Shown in pieces: positions 1-14,400 of a DNA stretch of 64,000 bases (its first letter is position 1; every line of letters begins with the position of its first letter). The notes below the pieces were generated by a model. It was not told where the DNA came from, did not search any database, and saw only the letters and a program-made list of their open reading frames with translations. The stretch comes from Octopus vulgaris (taxonomy: Eukaryota), in assembly GCA_951406725.2 (NCBI GenBank), contig OX597821.1:20584001-20648000 (forward strand), read 5' to 3'. Both the position numbers and the translations under genes were made by a program.

Positions 1-836
1 CCTTCCGGCACTCCGAATACCACATACTCGATCTTAGTCTGCGCATCAACAGCCAAGGCATCCCTAACCCACCCTTTAACGGCTTTTGACATCAGATAGA
101 ACGTCTCACAAGAGGAGTGGAACCCTTCCACAAAAAGCGAAAGATTTGCCTCTCCAACTTGTTCACCCACGAATCCGGACAGGGGACGACGGTTAGGCGG
201 TATATGATGACCGATGCCATGAACACATTAGCCACCTCCGCCCTCCCTTTCAAGGATAGCCACCGCCATGACCAAGTCTTGACCGCGTGAGCCACCTTGT
301 TCGTGACCTCAGACCAGTTCTTTTCTATCTGGAGGCCTGGACCAAACCAGACCCCTAGCAATTTAACCGGGCCCTCAGTCCAGCATCCCACGATGCTGTT
401 TGAAGGCATCGGCTTGCCAACCCAGGTGCCGAGTTGCAAGCCGACTGACTTTTCCCGGATGATTTTTGCTCCTGTTACCGTCTCGTACTCCTTGATGATG
501 TTTCCTACATTCTGTAGGAGTTCCACCTTGGTCACGATGATGGTGATGTCGTCCGCATACGCAGTAACAGAACCTCCGCCTCCCGGATTCGTCGGGATGA
601 CGCTCAGCTTTCGCAGTAATGGCTCGAGAGCCATCACATATAAAAGCGGGGAGAGCGGACACCCTTGACGAACTGACTGTTTGATGCGGAATGGCCTAGA
701 AAGTAGATCGTTCACCCGAACGATCGAGTCGATGTTGTCGTACAACTGTATAATCCACCCGAGGAAACCAGTACGCAGCCCGAACTGTGCGAGCACAGAC
801 GCCAGGTAACGATGGTTCACCCTATCGAAGGCTTTC
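1..836 (-). pseudogene. 5'-truncated non-LTR retrotransposon reverse transcriptase fragment (Tx1/L1-like)
   Basis: Translation has RT motifs KAFDRVNH, SVRQGCPLSPLLY, AYADD, KLLGV and WSWRWLSLKGR. The TGA at 92-94 is premature because the frame continues into CQKPLKGGLGMP, a typical post-RT motif. Homology begins abruptly at KAFD (~836); the upstream part of ORF 92..1138 is unrelated low-complexity sequence. Confidence 0.9.
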
Positions 837-1379
837 TTTCCCTTTATTTTCACATAAATTCGTTTCGTTCTGATAATAAACATTCTGGTATCTTTAGTTT
901 GATGGCCTATCACTGTATACAGTAGGTTCTGTACCCTATGTGTCGGGAAGACACTCGGCAAGAATTGTAAAACAAAATTAAAAGAACGAAACCTCACAAC
1001 GATAACACCAGCACAAGAAATACAGAAAAGCAGGCAGGGAAGACAGGGAAGAAGAGCAGGAGAAGGAGGAGGTAGTGGGTAATGAGGATGATGATGAGAA
1101 GGAGGTGCAGGGGAAACGGCGGAGGAGAAGGAATGCAATGAAACAGAGGAAGGATAGCAATAAGGATTGTAGAAAGAATCAGATCAGCCAGCGAGGTAGT
1201 AAAAGTAATCTTCATTACATTCCGAATAATAATATCATATTGATTAAGACATAAAATATAATTGACTAACGCGCTCTCGTTCACTTCTACTGTCATTCAC
1301 ACTCTCTTTCTCTCTCCCTCCCTCTCTCTCACGCACGCTATAACTTTTTCATACATTCATGTATACACACATTGATAGA

Positions 1380-1398
1380 GATACATATATATTTGTAA

Positions 1399-1476
<78 letters not shown>

Positions 1477-1613
1477 CAAACATGAATATGTGTGTGAGCC
1501 TGTATTTACATACAGCCATGTATATGTATATACATATAGATATATAAATATATAAATGCATGAGTATATTTATATATATATATATATATAGTATTATATA
1601 TATATATATATAG

Positions 1614-1661
<48 letters not shown>

Positions 1662-1850
1662 TTATATATATATATGTCCTCACGTTGTTTTTCCTTGCTT
1701 GTTCATGTTTGTACTGATTGTATATATATATACATACATGCATACATACATACATATAGATAGATAGATAGATACATATATACATATAAGTATGTATATA
1801 TATACTTATATATACATATGTATACATACACATATTATATGCACACACAA
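1380..1850. repeat. (TA)n / (TACA)n / (TAGA)n microsatellite cluster
   Basis: Directly visible dinucleotide and tetranucleotide runs; source of the YIYIYI ORFs. Confidence 0.95.
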
Positions 1851-2161
1851 ACAAGAATATTAGATTATGTATACATACATGCTTGCATGTATAAATATGT
1901 GTGCGTAGTGCATATTTATATATGCATTGCTGCTCATATTGTTATAACCAGCCAACATATTTCTTTATCAATATCATCACTAATATCGATAAAATATGAT
2001 TATATTTTACTTACACATTGTTTTGTTGTTTTATGACTCTCACATTCATTGCTGTCATAAAAACTGTGTAAAATGTGGAATTATGACTAACAATCTAACG
2101 GCATTTTATAACAGTAAACTGTAACTTATGACTTGCTATTCTGATCTTTAATCTTTGACAG

Positions 2162-2215
2162 ATTTTAATTCCCGAGATTTTCCAATACAACCGTATTTCA
2201 GACATCTCTATGACG
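2162..2215 (+). other. Candidate 54-bp internal exon (speculative)
   Basis: Acceptor ttctgatctttaatctttgacag, donor G|gtttgt, length divisible by 3, open in phase 1 (DFNSRDFPIQPYFRHLYD). No homology recognised. Confidence 0.2.
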
Positions 2216-2494
2216 GTTTGTTTTCATATCTATTCGACCGCCTGTTTGACAGTATGTCTGTCTTCAGCGCAAAGTAAATTTGCATTCATGTATGTATTTT
2301 GGATGCTCACAGACACACATTTACGCACGAATATATAAACATATACATATACTTACAAGACACAAGGAGCAACAAAAATGATACGTACAAAAGCAGACGA
2401 TGACCATTCTGTGGCCATGTGTGTGTACGTATATACGAATACGTATGCGGCACATATGAATATTCCGTTCTTTCAGTCAATTTCACTTTTTCTT

Positions 2495-5400
2495 ATGAAA
2501 ACAAGGCTTTGGAATGTAAACAAGGCTTTAGAATGAAAAGGAGGCTTTAGAATGACGACAAGGCTTTGGAATGAAAACGAGGCTTTCAAATGAAAACAAG
2601 GCTTTGGAATAACAATAAGGCTTTAGAATAAAAACGAGGCATTGGAATGAAAACGAGGCGTTGGAATGAAAATGAGGCTTTGGAACGAAAACGAGGTTTT
2701 GGAATGAAAACGAGACATTGGAATGAAAACGAGGCTTTCAAATGAAAACAAGGCTTTGGAATAAAAACAAGGCATTAGAATAAAAACAAGGTTTTGGAAT
2801 GAAAACGAGGCTTTGGAATGAAAACGAGGCTTTGGAATGAAAATGAGGCTTTAGAACGAAAACGAGGTTTTGGAATGAAAACGAGGCATTGGAATGAAAA
2901 CGAGGCTTTAGAATGAAAACGAGGCTTTGGAATGAAAGCGAGGCTTTGGAATGAAAACATGGCGATGGAATGAAAACGAGGCTTTGGAATGAAAACAAGG
3001 CTTTGGAATGAAAACGAGGATTTAGAAGGAAAACAAGGCTTTGGTTTGAAAACAAGGCTTTGGAATGAAAACAAGGCTTTGGAATGAAAACGAGGCTTTG
3101 AAATGAAAACGAGGCTATGGAATGAAAACGAGGCTGTAGAATTAAAACGAGGCTTTAGAATGAAAACGAGGCTTTGAATGAAAACGAAGCTTTGGAATGA
3201 AAACGAGGCTTTGGAATGAAAACGAGGCTTTGGAATGAAAACAAGGCTTTAGAATGAAAACGAGGCTTTGAAATGTAAACGAGGCTATGGAATGAAAACG
3301 AGGCTTTGGAATGAAAACAAGGCTTTAGAATGAAAACGAGGCTTTGAATGAAAACGAAGCTTTGGATTGAAAACAAGGCTTTGGAATGAAAACGAGTTTT
3401 TGGAATTAAAACAAGGCTTTGGATAGAAAACGAGGCTTTGGAATGAAAACGAGTCTTTGGAATGAAAACGAGACTTTGGTATGAAAACGAGGCCTTGGAA
3501 TGTAAACGAGGCTTTGGAATAAAAACGAGGTTTGAGAAAGAAAACGAGGCTTTGGAATGAAAACAAGGCTTTAGAATGAAAACTGGGCATTGGAATGAAA
3601 ACGAGGCTTTCGAATGAAAACGAGGCTTTCGAATGAAAATGAGACTTTAGAATGTAAACGAGGGTTTGAAATGAAAACGAGGCTATGGAATGAAAACGAG
3701 GCTTTGGAATGAAAACAAGGCTTTAGAATGAAAACGAGGCTTTGAATGAAAACGAAGCTTTGGATTGAAAACAAGGCTTTGGAATGAAAACGAGTTTTTG
3801 GAATTAAAACAAGGCTTTGGATAGAAAACGAGGCTTTGGAATGAAAACGAGTCTTTGGAATGAAAACGAGACTTTGGTATGAAAACGAGGCTTTGGAATG
3901 TAAACGAGGCTTTGGAATAAAAACGAGGTTTGAGAAAGAAAACGAGGCTTTGGAATGAAAACAAGGCTTTAGAATGAAAACTGGGCATTGGAATGAAAAC
4001 GAGGCTTTCGAATGAAAACGAGGCTTTCGAATGAAAATGAGACTTTAGAATGTAAACGAGGGTTTGGAATGAAAACGAGGCTTTGGAATGAAAACGAGGC
4101 TTTGGTATGAAAACAAGACTCTGGAATGAATACGAGGCTTAGGAATGAAAACGAGGCTTTGGAATGAAAAAGAGGCATTGGAATGAAAACGAGCCTTTAG
4201 AATGAAAACGAGGCTATGGAATGAAAATGAGGCTTTAGAACAAAGACGTGGCTTTGGAATGAAAACGAGGCTTTGGAAAGAAAACGAGGCTTTAGAATGA
4301 AAACGACGTTTGGAATGAAAACGAGGCTTTGGAAAGAAAACGAGGCTTTGGAATGAAAACGAGGCTTTGGAATGAAAACAAAGCTTTGGAATGAAAACGA
4401 GGCTTTAGAATGAAAACGAGGCTTTAGAAAGAAAACGAGGCTTTGGAATGAAAACAAGGTTTTGGAATGAAAACGAGGCTATAGAATGAAAATTGGGCAT
4501 TGGAATGAAAATGAGGTTTTAGAATGAAAACGGGTCATTGGAATGAAAACGAGGCTTTAGAATGAAAACGAGGCGTTTGAATGAAAATGAGGCTTTAGAA
4601 TGTAAACGAGGCTTTGGAATGAAAACGAGCCTTTGGAATGAAAACGAGGATTTGGTAGGAAAACAAGACCTTGGAATGAAAACGTGGCATTGAAATGAAA
4701 ACAAGGCTATGGAATCAAAACGATGCTTTAGAATGAGAACGAGGCTTTAGAATGAAAAGGAGGTTTTGGAATGAAAACGAGGCTTTGGAACGAAAACGAG
4801 GATTCAGAATAAAAACAAGGCTTTGCAACGGAAACGAGGCTTTGGAATGAAAACAAGGCTTTGCAACGAAAACGATGCATTTGGAACGAAAACGAAGCTT
4901 TGGAATTAAAACGAGGCTTTAGATTGAAATTGAGGCTGTGGAATAAAAACAAGGGTTAGAAAGAAAAAAGGCTTCGGAATGAAAACAAGGCTTTGGAATG
5001 AAAACGAACATTACAATGAGAACAAAGCTTGGGAGCGAAAACGAGGCTTTAGAATGAAAAATAGGCTTTGGAATGAAAACGAGGCTTTATACCGAAAACA
5101 AGGCTTTAGAATGAAAAATAGGCTTTGGAATAAAAACGAGGCTTTATACCGAAAACAAGGCTTTGGAATGAAGAAAAGGCTTTGGAATGAAAAAAAGGCT
5201 TTGGAATGAAAACGAGGCTTTAGAATGAAAACGAGGGTTTGGAATGAAAACGAGGGATTGGAATGAAAACGAGGCTTTAGATTGAAAACGAGGCTTTGGA
5301 ATGAAAATGAGGCATTAGAATGAAGACTAGGCTTTTGAATGAAAACGAGGCTTTCGAATGAAAACGAGGCTTTTTAATGAAAACAAGGCTTTGGAATTAA

Positions 5401-8400
5401 AATGAGGCTTTACAATAAAGACAGGGCTTTGGAATGAAAATGAGGCTTTGGAATGAAAACAAGGCTTTGGAATGTAAACGAGGCATTAGAATGAAAACGA
5501 GGCTTTGGAATGAAGACGAAGCTTTGGAGTGAAAACGAGGCTTTTGAATGAAAACGAGGCTTTAGAATGAAAACGAGGTTTTGGATCGAAAACTAGTCTT
5601 TGGAATAAAAACGAGGCTTTGGAAAGAAAACGAGTTTTTGGAATAAAAACAAGGCTTTGGAAAGAAAACTATGCTTTGGAATGAAAACGAGGCTTTGGAA
5701 TGAAAACGAGGTTTTAGAAAGAAAACGAGGCTTTGCAATGAAAACAAGGCTTTGGAAGGAAAACGAGGCTTTAGAATGAAAACTGGGCATTCGAATGAAA
5801 ACGACGTTTGGGATGAAAACGAGGCTTTGGAATGAAAACGAGGCTTTGGAATGAAAAAAGGCTTTAGAAAGAAAACGAGGCTTTGGAATGAAAACAAGGC
5901 TCCGGAATGAAAACGAGGCTATAGAATGAAAATTGGGCATTGTAATGAAAACGAGGATTTAAAATGAAAACGAGGCTTTGGAATAAAAACGAGGCTTTAG
6001 AGTGAAAACGATGTTTTGGAATGAAAACAAGGCTTTGGAATGAAAACGAGGTTTTAGAATGAAAACGGGTCATTGGAATGAAAACGAGGCTTTAGAATGA
6101 AAACGAGGCGTTTGAATGAAAATGAGGCTTTAGAATGTAAGCGAGGCTTTGGAATGAAAACGAGGCTTTGGAATGAAAACGAGGATTTGGTATGAAAACA
6201 AGACCTTGGAATGAAAACGAGGCATTGACATGCAAACGAGGCTATGGAATGATAACGAGGCTTTAGAATGAAAACGAGGCTTTAGAATGAAAACGAGGAT
6301 TAAGAATAAAAACATGGCTTTGCAACGGAAACGAGGGTTTGGAATGATAACAAGGCTTTGCAACGAAAACGATGCTTTTGGAACGACAACGAAGCTTGGA
6401 ATTAAAACGAGGCTTTAGATTGAAAATGTGGCTGTGGAATAAAAACAAGCGTTAAAAAGAAAAAAGGCTTCGGAATGAAAACAAGGCTTTGGAATGAAAA
6501 CGAACAGTACAATGAGAACAAGGCTTGGGAGCGAAAACGAGGCTTTGGAATGAAAACAAGGCTTTGGAATGAAAACGAGGCTCTATACCGAAAACAAAGC
6601 TTTGGAATGAAAAAAAGGCTTTGGAATGAAAAAAAGGCTTTGGAATGAAAACGAGGCTTTAGAACGAAAACGAGACTTTAGAATGAAAACAAGGATTTGG
6701 AAAGAAATCAAGGCTTTGGAATGAGAACGAGGCTTTAGATTGAAAACAAGCCTTTGGAATGAAAACGAAGCTTTAGAATGAAAACAAGGCTTTGGAATGA
6801 AAATGTGGCTTTACACCGAAAAGAAGGCTTTAGAATGAAAACAAGGATTTGGAAAGAAAACAAGGCTTTGGAATGAAAACGAGGCTTTAGAATGAAAACA
6901 AGTCTTTGGAATGAAAACGAAGCTTTAGAATGAAAACAAGGCTTTGGAATGAAAACGTGTCTTTGGAATGTAAAACAAGGCTTTAGAATGAAAACGCTTT
7001 GGAAAGAAAACGAGGCTTTTGAATGAAAACGAGGCTATAGAATGAATAGAAAACGAAGCTTTGGAATGAAAGCAAGGCTTTGGAATGAAAACGAGGCTTT
7101 AGAATGAAAACGTGGCATTGGAATGAAAACGAGGCTTTGGTATGAAAATGACCCTTTAGAATGAAAACGAGGCTTTGGAAAGAAAACGAGGCACCGGAAT
7201 GAAAACGAGGCTTTGGAATGAAAACGAGGCTTTGATATGAAAACGAGGCTTTGGAATGAAAACAAGGGTTTGGAATAAAAACGAGGCTTTAGAATGAAAA
7301 CGGGGCATTGGAATGAAAACGAGTCTTTTGAATTAAAATGAGGTTTGGAATGAAAATAAGGCTTTAGAATGTAATCGATGCTTTGGAATGAAAACGAGGC
7401 TTTGGAATAAAAATGAGGCTTTGGAATGAAAAAGAGACTTTGGAATGAAAATGAGGCATTGGAATGAAAACGAGGCTTTGGAATGAAAACGAGGCTCCGG
7501 AATGAAAACGAGGCTTTGGAATGAAAATGAGGCTTTGCTATGAAAACGAGGCTTTGGAATGAAAACAAGTGTTTGGAATAAAAACGAGGCTTTAGAATGT
7601 AATCTAAATGAGGCATTGGAATGAAAACGAGGCTTTGGAATGAAAACGAGGTTTTAGAATGAAAACGGGTCATTGGAATGAAAACGAGGCTTTAGAATGG
7701 AAACGAGGCGTTTGAATGAAAATGAGGCTTTAGAATGTAAGCGAGGCTTTGGAATGAAAACGAGGCTTTGGAATGAAAACGAGGATTTGGTATGAAAACA
7801 AGACCTTGGAATGAAAACGAGGCATTGACATGCAAACGAGGCTATGGAATGATAACGATGCTTTAGAATGAAAACGAGGCTTTAGAATGGCTTTAGAATG
7901 AAAACGAGGCTTTGAATGAAAACATGGCTTTGCAAAACGGAAACGAGGCTTTGGAATGATAACAAGGCTTTGCAACGAAAACGATGCTTTTGGAAATGAA
8001 AACGAAGCTTGGAATGAAAACGAGGCTTTAGATTGAAAATGTGGCTGTGGAATGAAAACAAGCGTTAAAAAGAAAAAAGGCTTTGGAATGAAAACAAGGC
8101 TTTGGAATGAAAACGAACATTACAATGAGAACGAGGCTTGGGAGCGAAAACGAGGCTTTGGAATGAAAACAAGGCTTTGGAATGAAAACGAGGCTTTATA
8201 CCGAAAACAAAGCTTTGGAATGAAAAAAAGGCTTTGGAATGAAAAAAGGCTTTGGAATGAAAACGAGGCTTTAGAATGAAAACGAGACTTTAGAATGAAA
8301 ACAAGGATTTGGAATGAAAACAAGGCTTTGGAATGAGAACGAGGCTTTGATATGAAAACGAGGCTTTGGAATGAAAACAAGTGTTTGGAATAAAAACGAG

Positions 8401-11400
8401 GCTTTAGAATGTAATCTAAATGAGGCATTGGAATGAAAACGAGGCTTTGGAATGAAAACGAGGCATTGGAATGAAAACGAAGGAATAGTATGAAAATGAG
8501 GGTTTTGAATGAAGACGAGGCTTTGGAAAGAAAACGAGGCTTTGGAATGAAAATTAGGCTTTCAAATGAAAACGAGGCTTGTATGAAAACGAGGCTTTAG
8601 AATGAAAACGAGACTTTGGAATGAAAACGAGCCTTTAGAATGAAAACGGGGCATTGAAATGAAAACGAGGCTTTAGAATCAAAACGAGGCTTTCGAATGA
8701 AAATTAGGGTTTAGAATGTAAATGAGGCATTGGAATGAAAAAAAGACTTTGGAATGAAAACGAGGCTTTGGTATGAAAACAAGACTTTGGAATGAAAACG
8801 ACGCATTTGAATGAAAACGAGGCTTCAGAATGAAGAGGAGGCTTTGGAACGAAAACGAGGCTTTGGAATGAAAACGAGGCTTTAGAATGAAAAGGAGGCT
8901 TTGGAATGAAAACGAGTCTTTGGAATGAAAATGAGGCTTTGGAATAAAAACGAGGGTTAGAATGAACACAAGGCTTTACAATAAAAACGAGGCTTTACAA
9001 TGAGAACATGTCTTGGGAACGAAAACGAGACTTTAGAATGAAAACAAGGCTTTGGAATGAAAACGAGGCTTTGGAATGAAAACGAGGCTTTAGAATTAAA
9101 AGGAGGCATTGGAATGAAAACGAGGCTTTGGAATGAAAATGAGGCTTTGGAATAAAAACGAGGGTTAGAATGAAAACAAGGCTTTACAATAAAAACGAGG
9201 CTTTACAATGAGAACATGTCTTGGGAACAAAAACGAGATTTAGAATGAAAACAAGGCTTTGGAATGAAAACGAGTCTTTAGAAGGAAAACAAGTCTTTGG
9301 AATGAAAACGAGGCTTTGGAATGAAAACGAGGCTTTAGAAAGAAAACGAAGCTTTGGAATGAAAACGGGACATTGGAGTGAAAACGAGGATTTAGAATGA
9401 AAACGAGGCTTGGGAATGAAAACGAGGCTTTGGAATGAAAACGAGGCTTTGGAATGAAAACGAGGATTTAGAATAAAAACAAGGCTGGGCAACGGAAACG
9501 AGGCTTTGGAATGAAAACAAGGCTTTGCAACGAAAACGATGCATTTGGAACGAAAACGAAGCTTTTGGAATTAAAACGAGGCAAAATTTGCTAAGCATTG
9601 AGGCTGTGGAATAAAAACAAGGGTTAAAAAGAAAAAAGGCTTCGGAATCAAAACAAGGCTTTCGAATGAAAACGAACATTACAATGAGAACAAGGCTTGG
9701 GAGCGAAAACGAGGCTTTAGAATGAAAAAAAGGCTTTGGAATGAAAAAAAGGCTTTGGAACGAAAACGAGGCTTTAGAACGAAAACGAGGCTTTAGAATG
9801 AAAACAAGGGTTTGGAAAGAAATCATGGCTTTGGAATGAGAACGAGGCTTTAGATTGAAAACAAGTCTTTTGAATGAAAACGAGGCTTTAGAACGATAAT
9901 AAGGCTTTGGAATGAAAACGGATCTTTGGAATGAAAACAAGGCTTTTGAAAGAAAACGTGTCTTTGGAATGAAAACAAGGCTTTGGAAAGAAAACGAGGC
10001 TTTAGAATGAATACGAAGCTTTGGAATGAAAACGAGGCTTTAGAATGAAAACGGGGCATTGGAATGAAAACGAGGCGTTAGAATCAAAACGAGGCTTTCG
10101 AATGAAACTGAGGCTTTAGAATGTAAATGAGGCATTGGAATGAAAAAAAGACTTTGGAATTAAAACGAGGCATTGTTAGGAAAACAAGACTTTGGAATGA
10201 AAAGGACGCTTTTGAATGAAAACGAGGCTTTAGAATGAAAACGAGGCTTTGGAATGAAAATGAGCCTTTAGAATGAAGACGAGGCTTTGGAACGAATACG
10301 AGGCTCTGGAATGAAAATGAGCCTTTAGAATGAAAACGAGGCTTTGGAATGGAAACGAGGCTTTGGAATGAAAACGGATCTTTGGAATGAAAACAAGGCT
10401 TTTGAATGAAAACGTGTCTTTAGAATGAAAACAAGGCTTTGGAAAGAAAACGAGACTTTTGTATGAAAACGAGGCTATAGAATGAAAACGAAGCTTTGGA
10501 ATGAAAGCAAGGCTTTGGAATGAAAACGAGGCTTTAGAATGAAAACGGGGCATTGGAATGAAAACGAGGTTTTAGAATGAAAACGAGGCTTTGGAATGAA
10601 AATGACGCTTTAGAATGAAAACGAGACTTTGGAATGAAAACGAGCCTCTGGAATGAAAACGAGGCTTTAGAATGAAAACGAGGCTTTGGAATGAAAACGA
10701 GGCTTTGGAATGAAAACGAGACTTTGATATGAAAACGAGGCTTTGGAATGAAAACAAGGGTTTGGAATAAGAACTAGGCTTTAGAATGAAAACGGGGCAT
10801 TGGAATGAAAACGAGGCTTTTGAATTAAAACGAGGCTTTGGAATGAAAATAAGGCTTTAGAATGTAATCGATGGTTTGGAATGAAAACGAGGCTTTGGAA
10901 TGAAAATGAGGCTTTGGAATGAAAACAAGACTTTGGAATGAAAATGAGGCATTGGAATGAAAACGAGGCTTTGGAATGAAAACGAGGCATTGGAATGAAA
11001 ACGAAGCAATAGTATGAAAACGAGGTTTGGAATGAAAATGAGGGTTTTGAATGAAGACGAGGCTTTGGAAAGAAAACTAGGCTTTGGATTGAAAATTAGG
11101 AATTAAAATGAAAACGAGGCTTGGGAATGAAAACGAGGCTTGGGAGTGAAAACGAAGCTTTGGAATGAAAACGAGTAGTCGGTATGAAAACGAGGCTTTA
11201 GAATGAAAACGAGGCTTTGGAATGAAAACGAGGCTTTAGAATAAAAACGGGGCATTGGAATGAAAACGAGGCTTTAGAATCAAAACGAGGCTTTCGAATG
11301 AAAATGAGGCTTTAGAATGTAAATGAGGCATTGGAATGAAAAAAAGACTTTGGAATGAAAACGAGGCTTTAGTATGAAAACAAGATTTTGGACTGAAAAC

Positions 11401-14400
11401 GACGCATTTGAATGAAAAAGAGGCTTTAGAATGAAAACGAGGCTTTGGAATGAAAATGAGCCTTTAGAATGAAGACGAGGCTTTGGAACGAAAACGAGGC
11501 TTTGGAATGAAAACAAGTCTTTAGAATGAAAACGAGGCTTTGGAATGAAAACGAGGCTTTGGAATGAAAACAAGGCTTTGGAATGAAAACGAGGCTCTAT
11601 ACAGAAAACAAAGCTTTGGAATGAAAAAAAGGCTTTGGAATGAAAACGAGGCTTTAGAACGAAAACGATACTTTAGAATGAAAAGAAGGATTTGGAAAGA
11701 AATCAAGGCTTTGGAATGAGAACGAGGCTTTAGATTGAAAACATGTCTTTGGAATGAAAACGAAGCTTTAGAATGAAAACAAGGCTTTGGAATGAAAATG
11801 TGGCTTTACACCGAAAAGAAGGCTTTAGAATGAAAACAAGGATTTGGAAAGAGAACAAGGCTTTGGAATGAAAACGAGGCTTTAGAATGAAAACAAGTCT
11901 TTGGAATGAAAACGAAGCTTTAGAATGAAAACAAGGCTTTGGAATGAAAATGTGGCTTTGGAATGAAAACAAGGCTTTAGAATGAAAACGTGTCTTTGGA
12001 ATGTAAACAAGGCTTTGGAAAGAAAACGAGGCTTTTGAATGAAAACGAGGCTATAGAATGAAAAAGAAGCTTTGGAATGAAAGCAAGGCTTTGGAATGAA
12101 AACGAGGCTTTAGAATGAAAACGTGGCATTGGAATGAAAAAGAGGCTTTGGTATGAAAATGACCCTTTAGAATGAAAACGAGGCTTTGGAATGAAAACGA
12201 GGCATTGGAATGAAAACGAAGCAATAGTATGAAAATGAGGGTTTTGAATGAAGACGAGGCTTTGGAAAGAAAACGAGGCTTTGGAATGAAAATTAGGCTT
12301 TCAAATGAAAACGAGGCTTGGGTATGAAAACGAGGCTTTAGAATGAAAACGAGGCTTTGAAATGAAAACGAGCCTTTAGAATGAAAACGGGGCATTGGAA
12401 TGAAAACGAGGCTTTAGAATCAAAACGAGGCTTTCGAATGAAAATTAGTGTTGGGAATGTAAATGAGGCATTGGAATGAAAAAAAGACTCTGGAATGAAA
12501 ACGAGGCTTTGGTATGAAAACAAGACTTTGGAATGAAAACGACGCATTTGAATGAAAACGAGGCTTTAGAATGAAAACGAGGCTTTGGAATGAAAATGAG
12601 CCTTTAGAATGAAGACGTGGCTTTGGAACGAAAACGAGGCTTTGGAATGAAAACGAGGCTTTAGAATAAAAAGGAGGCTTTGGAATGAAAACGAGTCTTT
12701 GGAATGAAAATGAGGCTTTGGAATAAAAACGAGGGTTAGAATGAAAACAAGGCTTTACAATAAAAACGAGGCTTTACAATGAGAACATGTCTTGGGACCG
12801 AAAACGAGACTTTAGAATGAAAACAAGGCTTTGGAATGAAAACGAGGCTTGGGAATGAAAACGAGGCTTTATACCGAAAACAAGGCTTTGGAATGAAAAA
12901 AAGGCTTTAGAATGAAAAAAAGGCTTTGGAATGAAAACGAGGCTTTAGAACGAAAACGAGGCTTTAGAATGAAAACAAGGATTTGGAAAGAAATCATGGC
13001 TTTGGAATGAGAACGAGGCTTTAGATTGAAAACAAGCCTTAGGAATGAAAGCGAAGCTTTAGAATGAAACAAGGCTTTGGAATGAAAATGTGGTTTGGAA
13101 TGAAAACAAGGCTTTAGAAGGAAAACGTTGCTTAGAATGAAAAGAAGTCTTTTGAATGAAAACGAAGCTTTAGAACGATAATAAGGCTTTGGAATGAAAA
13201 CGGATCTTTGGAATGAAAACAAGGCTTTTGAAAGAAAACGAGTCTTTGGAATGAAAACAAGGCTTTGGAAAGAAAACGAGGCTTTAGAATGAATACGAAG
13301 CTTTGGAATGAAAGCAAGGCTTTGGAATGAAAACGAGGCTTTTGAATGAAAACGGGGCATTGGAATGAAAACGAGGCGTTAGAATCAAAACGAGGCTTTC
13401 GAATGAAACTGAGGCTTTAGAATGTAAATGAGGCATTGAAATGAAAAGAGGACTTTGGAATGAAAAGGACGCTTTTGAATGAAAACGATGCTTTAGAATG
13501 AAAATGAGGCTTTGGAATGAAAATGAGCCTTTAGAATGAAGACGAGGCTTTGGAACGAATACGAGGCTCTGGAATGAAAACGAGGCTTTAGAATGAAAAC
13601 GAGGCTTTGGAATGAAAACGAGGCTTTGGAATGAAAACGGATCTTTGGAATGAAAACAAGGCTTTTGAATGAAAGCGTGTCTTTGGAATGAAAACAAGGC
13701 TTTGGAAAGATAACGAGACTTTTGTATGAAAACGAGGCTATAGAATGAAAACGAAGCTTTGGAATGAAAGCAAGGCTTTGGAATGAAAACGAGGCTTTAG
13801 AATGAAAACGGGGCATTGGAATGAAAACGAGGCTTTAGAATTAAAACGAGGCTTTGGAATGAAAATGACGCTTTAGAATGAAAACGAGGCTTTGGAATGA
13901 AAACGAGGCTTTGGAATGAAAACGAGGCTTTGATATGAAAACGAGGCTTTGGAATGAAAACAAGGGTTTGGAATAAGAACTAGGCTTTAGAATGAAAACG
14001 GGGCATTGGAATGAAAACGAGGCTTTTGAATTAAAACGAGGCTTTGGAATGAAAATGAAGCTCCAGAATGTAATCGATGCTTCGGAATGAAAACGAGGCT
14101 TTGGAATGAAAATGAGGCTTTGGAATGAAAACAAGACTTTGGAATGAAAATGAGGCATTGGAATGAAAACGAGGCTTTGGAATGAAAACGAGGCATTGGA
14201 ATGAAAACGAGGCAATAGTATGAAAACGAGGTTTGGAATGAAAATGAGGGTTTTGAATGAAGACGAGGCTTTGGAAAGAAAACTAGGCTTTGGATTGAAA
14301 ATTAGGAATTAGAATGAAAACGAGGCTTGGGAACGAAAACGAGGATTGGGAGTGAAAACGAGGCTTTGGAATGAAAACGAGGAGTCGGTATGAAAACGAG

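Noticed and set aside
92-1138. Intact 348-aa protein
   Set aside because: Chance fusion of low-complexity sequence to a truncated RT that has a premature stop.
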